Shown piece by piece: positions 23,427 to 24,000 of a stretch of DNA of 24,000 nt. The position numbers and the translations under genes are program-made. Numbering within the stretch: position 1 is the stretch's first letter; each line of letters opens with the position of its first letter. The DNA is from Candidatus Caccopulliclostridium gallistercoris (lineage in GTDB: Bacteria; Bacillota; Clostridia; Christensenellales; UBA1242). Below the pieces are notes generated by a model, which saw only the letters and a program-made list of their open reading frames with translations, did not search any database and was not told the DNA's origin. The stretch lies in the NCBI GenBank assembly GCA_018713725.1, contig DVOJ01000014.1, positions 39,839-63,838 on the forward strand, given 5' to 3'.

Positions 23427-23429
23427 ATT

Positions 23430-24000
23430 TTACTCCTTTGTTAACTCATTTATATCTATAAGTTTATAATTCCCAGCCCTTAAATCTTCTAGCGTATAAG
23501 AATTTTCTATACATAATACACCACATTTTGTGCGTGTTATTGCATGTGTCATACCACATGTTGATAATCTTTCTGCTACGTCACGAACAATAGCTCTTAC
23601 GTACGTTCCACTAGAACAAGAAATTTTAACTTTAAAAGCATTCTCTTCAAGCTTTTCCAAAAGCTCTAAATTATATATTTCTATTTCCTTAGGCTGCAAA
23701 ACTACTTCCTTTCCTTCCCTTGCCATGTCACACGCACGTTTGCCGTTTATTTTTTTTGCCGAATACACCGGCGGAAGTTGCTGTTGTTTTCCGATAAACG
23801 TTTTTAACACATTTTTAAGCTCTTCTTCTGAAACAACTTTATTGTCAGTTCTAATAATTTCTCCGTCTAAGTCTAAGCTATCCGTTTCAACACCAAACTT
23901 AAATATGCTTATATATTCTTTATCTGAATTTAAAAACTTATCAAAAAGTTTAGTTGCCTTGTTTAAGCCTATAACTAGCACGCCATCTGCAAGCGGGTCA
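23430..24000 (-). CDS. truB: tRNA pseudouridine(55) synthase TruB, C-terminal about 190 codons; the gene runs off the window end
   Basis: The frame stays open upstream of the tracked Met. 23999..23966 reads DPLADGVLVIGL, which is part of the catalytic GTLDPxAxGVL motif. Downstream are Q.PP.YSA.K..G.R and GTYVR. Confidence 0.9.
   Translation of the reverse strand, partial: DPLADGVLVIGLNKATKLFDKFLNSDKEYISIFKFGVETDSLDLDGEIIRTDNKVVSEEELKNVLKTFIGKQQQLPPVYSAKKINGKRACDMAREGKEVVLQPKEIEIYNLELLEKLEENAFKVKISCSSGTYVRAIVRDVAERLSTCGMTHAITRTKCGVLCIENSYTLEDLRAGNYKLIDINELTKE

Noticed and set aside
1-24000. CRISPR arrays, tandem repeats, IS elements, toxin-antitoxin or other defence cassettes, tRNA/rRNA genes
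   Set aside because: I found no spaced direct repeats, no terminal inverted repeats and no cloverleaf-like or rRNA-like segments. Apart from the 313-aa protein at 2348..3289, which is reported as a finding, every sizeable ORF is accounted for by a housekeeping or sporulation family.

Overview
This is an AT-rich, tightly packed core-chromosome segment from an endospore-forming low-GC Firmicute, probably Clostridia-like; the species cannot be determined from sequence alone. I support about 31 protein genes, mostly on the minus strand. They follow the old Firmicute synteny block known from Bacillus subtilis: truB / TIM-barrel protein / efp / spoIIIAA-AH / asp23-like / nusB / xseA / xseB / ... 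/ argR / recN / spoIVB. After that come spoIIM, punA, a D-Ala-D-Ala carboxypeptidase, an MBL hydrolase, lexA, a Xer-type tyrosine recombinase, serS, an unknown 313-aa protein, cmk, an SDR, an M50 protease and the 5' end of scpA. I found no rRNA, tRNA, CRISPR array, IS element, prophage or recognisable defence cassette.

The main signal is the only long ORF-free stretch (about 14.40-15.06 kb, minus strand). It is clearly more GC-rich than its flanks and has its own near-consensus extended -10 promoter. A 10-bp terminal helix encloses about 568 nt that contain many internal hairpins. It lies between xseB and a 4-TM membrane-protein gene, upstream of argR-recN, which is the published genomic context of OLE RNA and its partner oapA. 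I therefore call it a probable OLE-class RNA, a described class rather than a new one, in an unusually stripped-down locus.

Secondary observations:
- A 313-aa protein in the serS-cmk operon has a degenerate nucleotidyltransferase motif and a poly-basic insert.
- Several operon-first genes have a promoter-to-ATG spacing that predicts leaderless mRNAs.
- SpoIIIAG is very short and lacks the insertion present in the B. subtilis protein.
- ARG-box-like operators lie upstream of a fused argR-recN unit.
- Convergent genes overlap at their stop codons.

All calls rest on reading the sequence and translations by eye. No database search or folding program was run.
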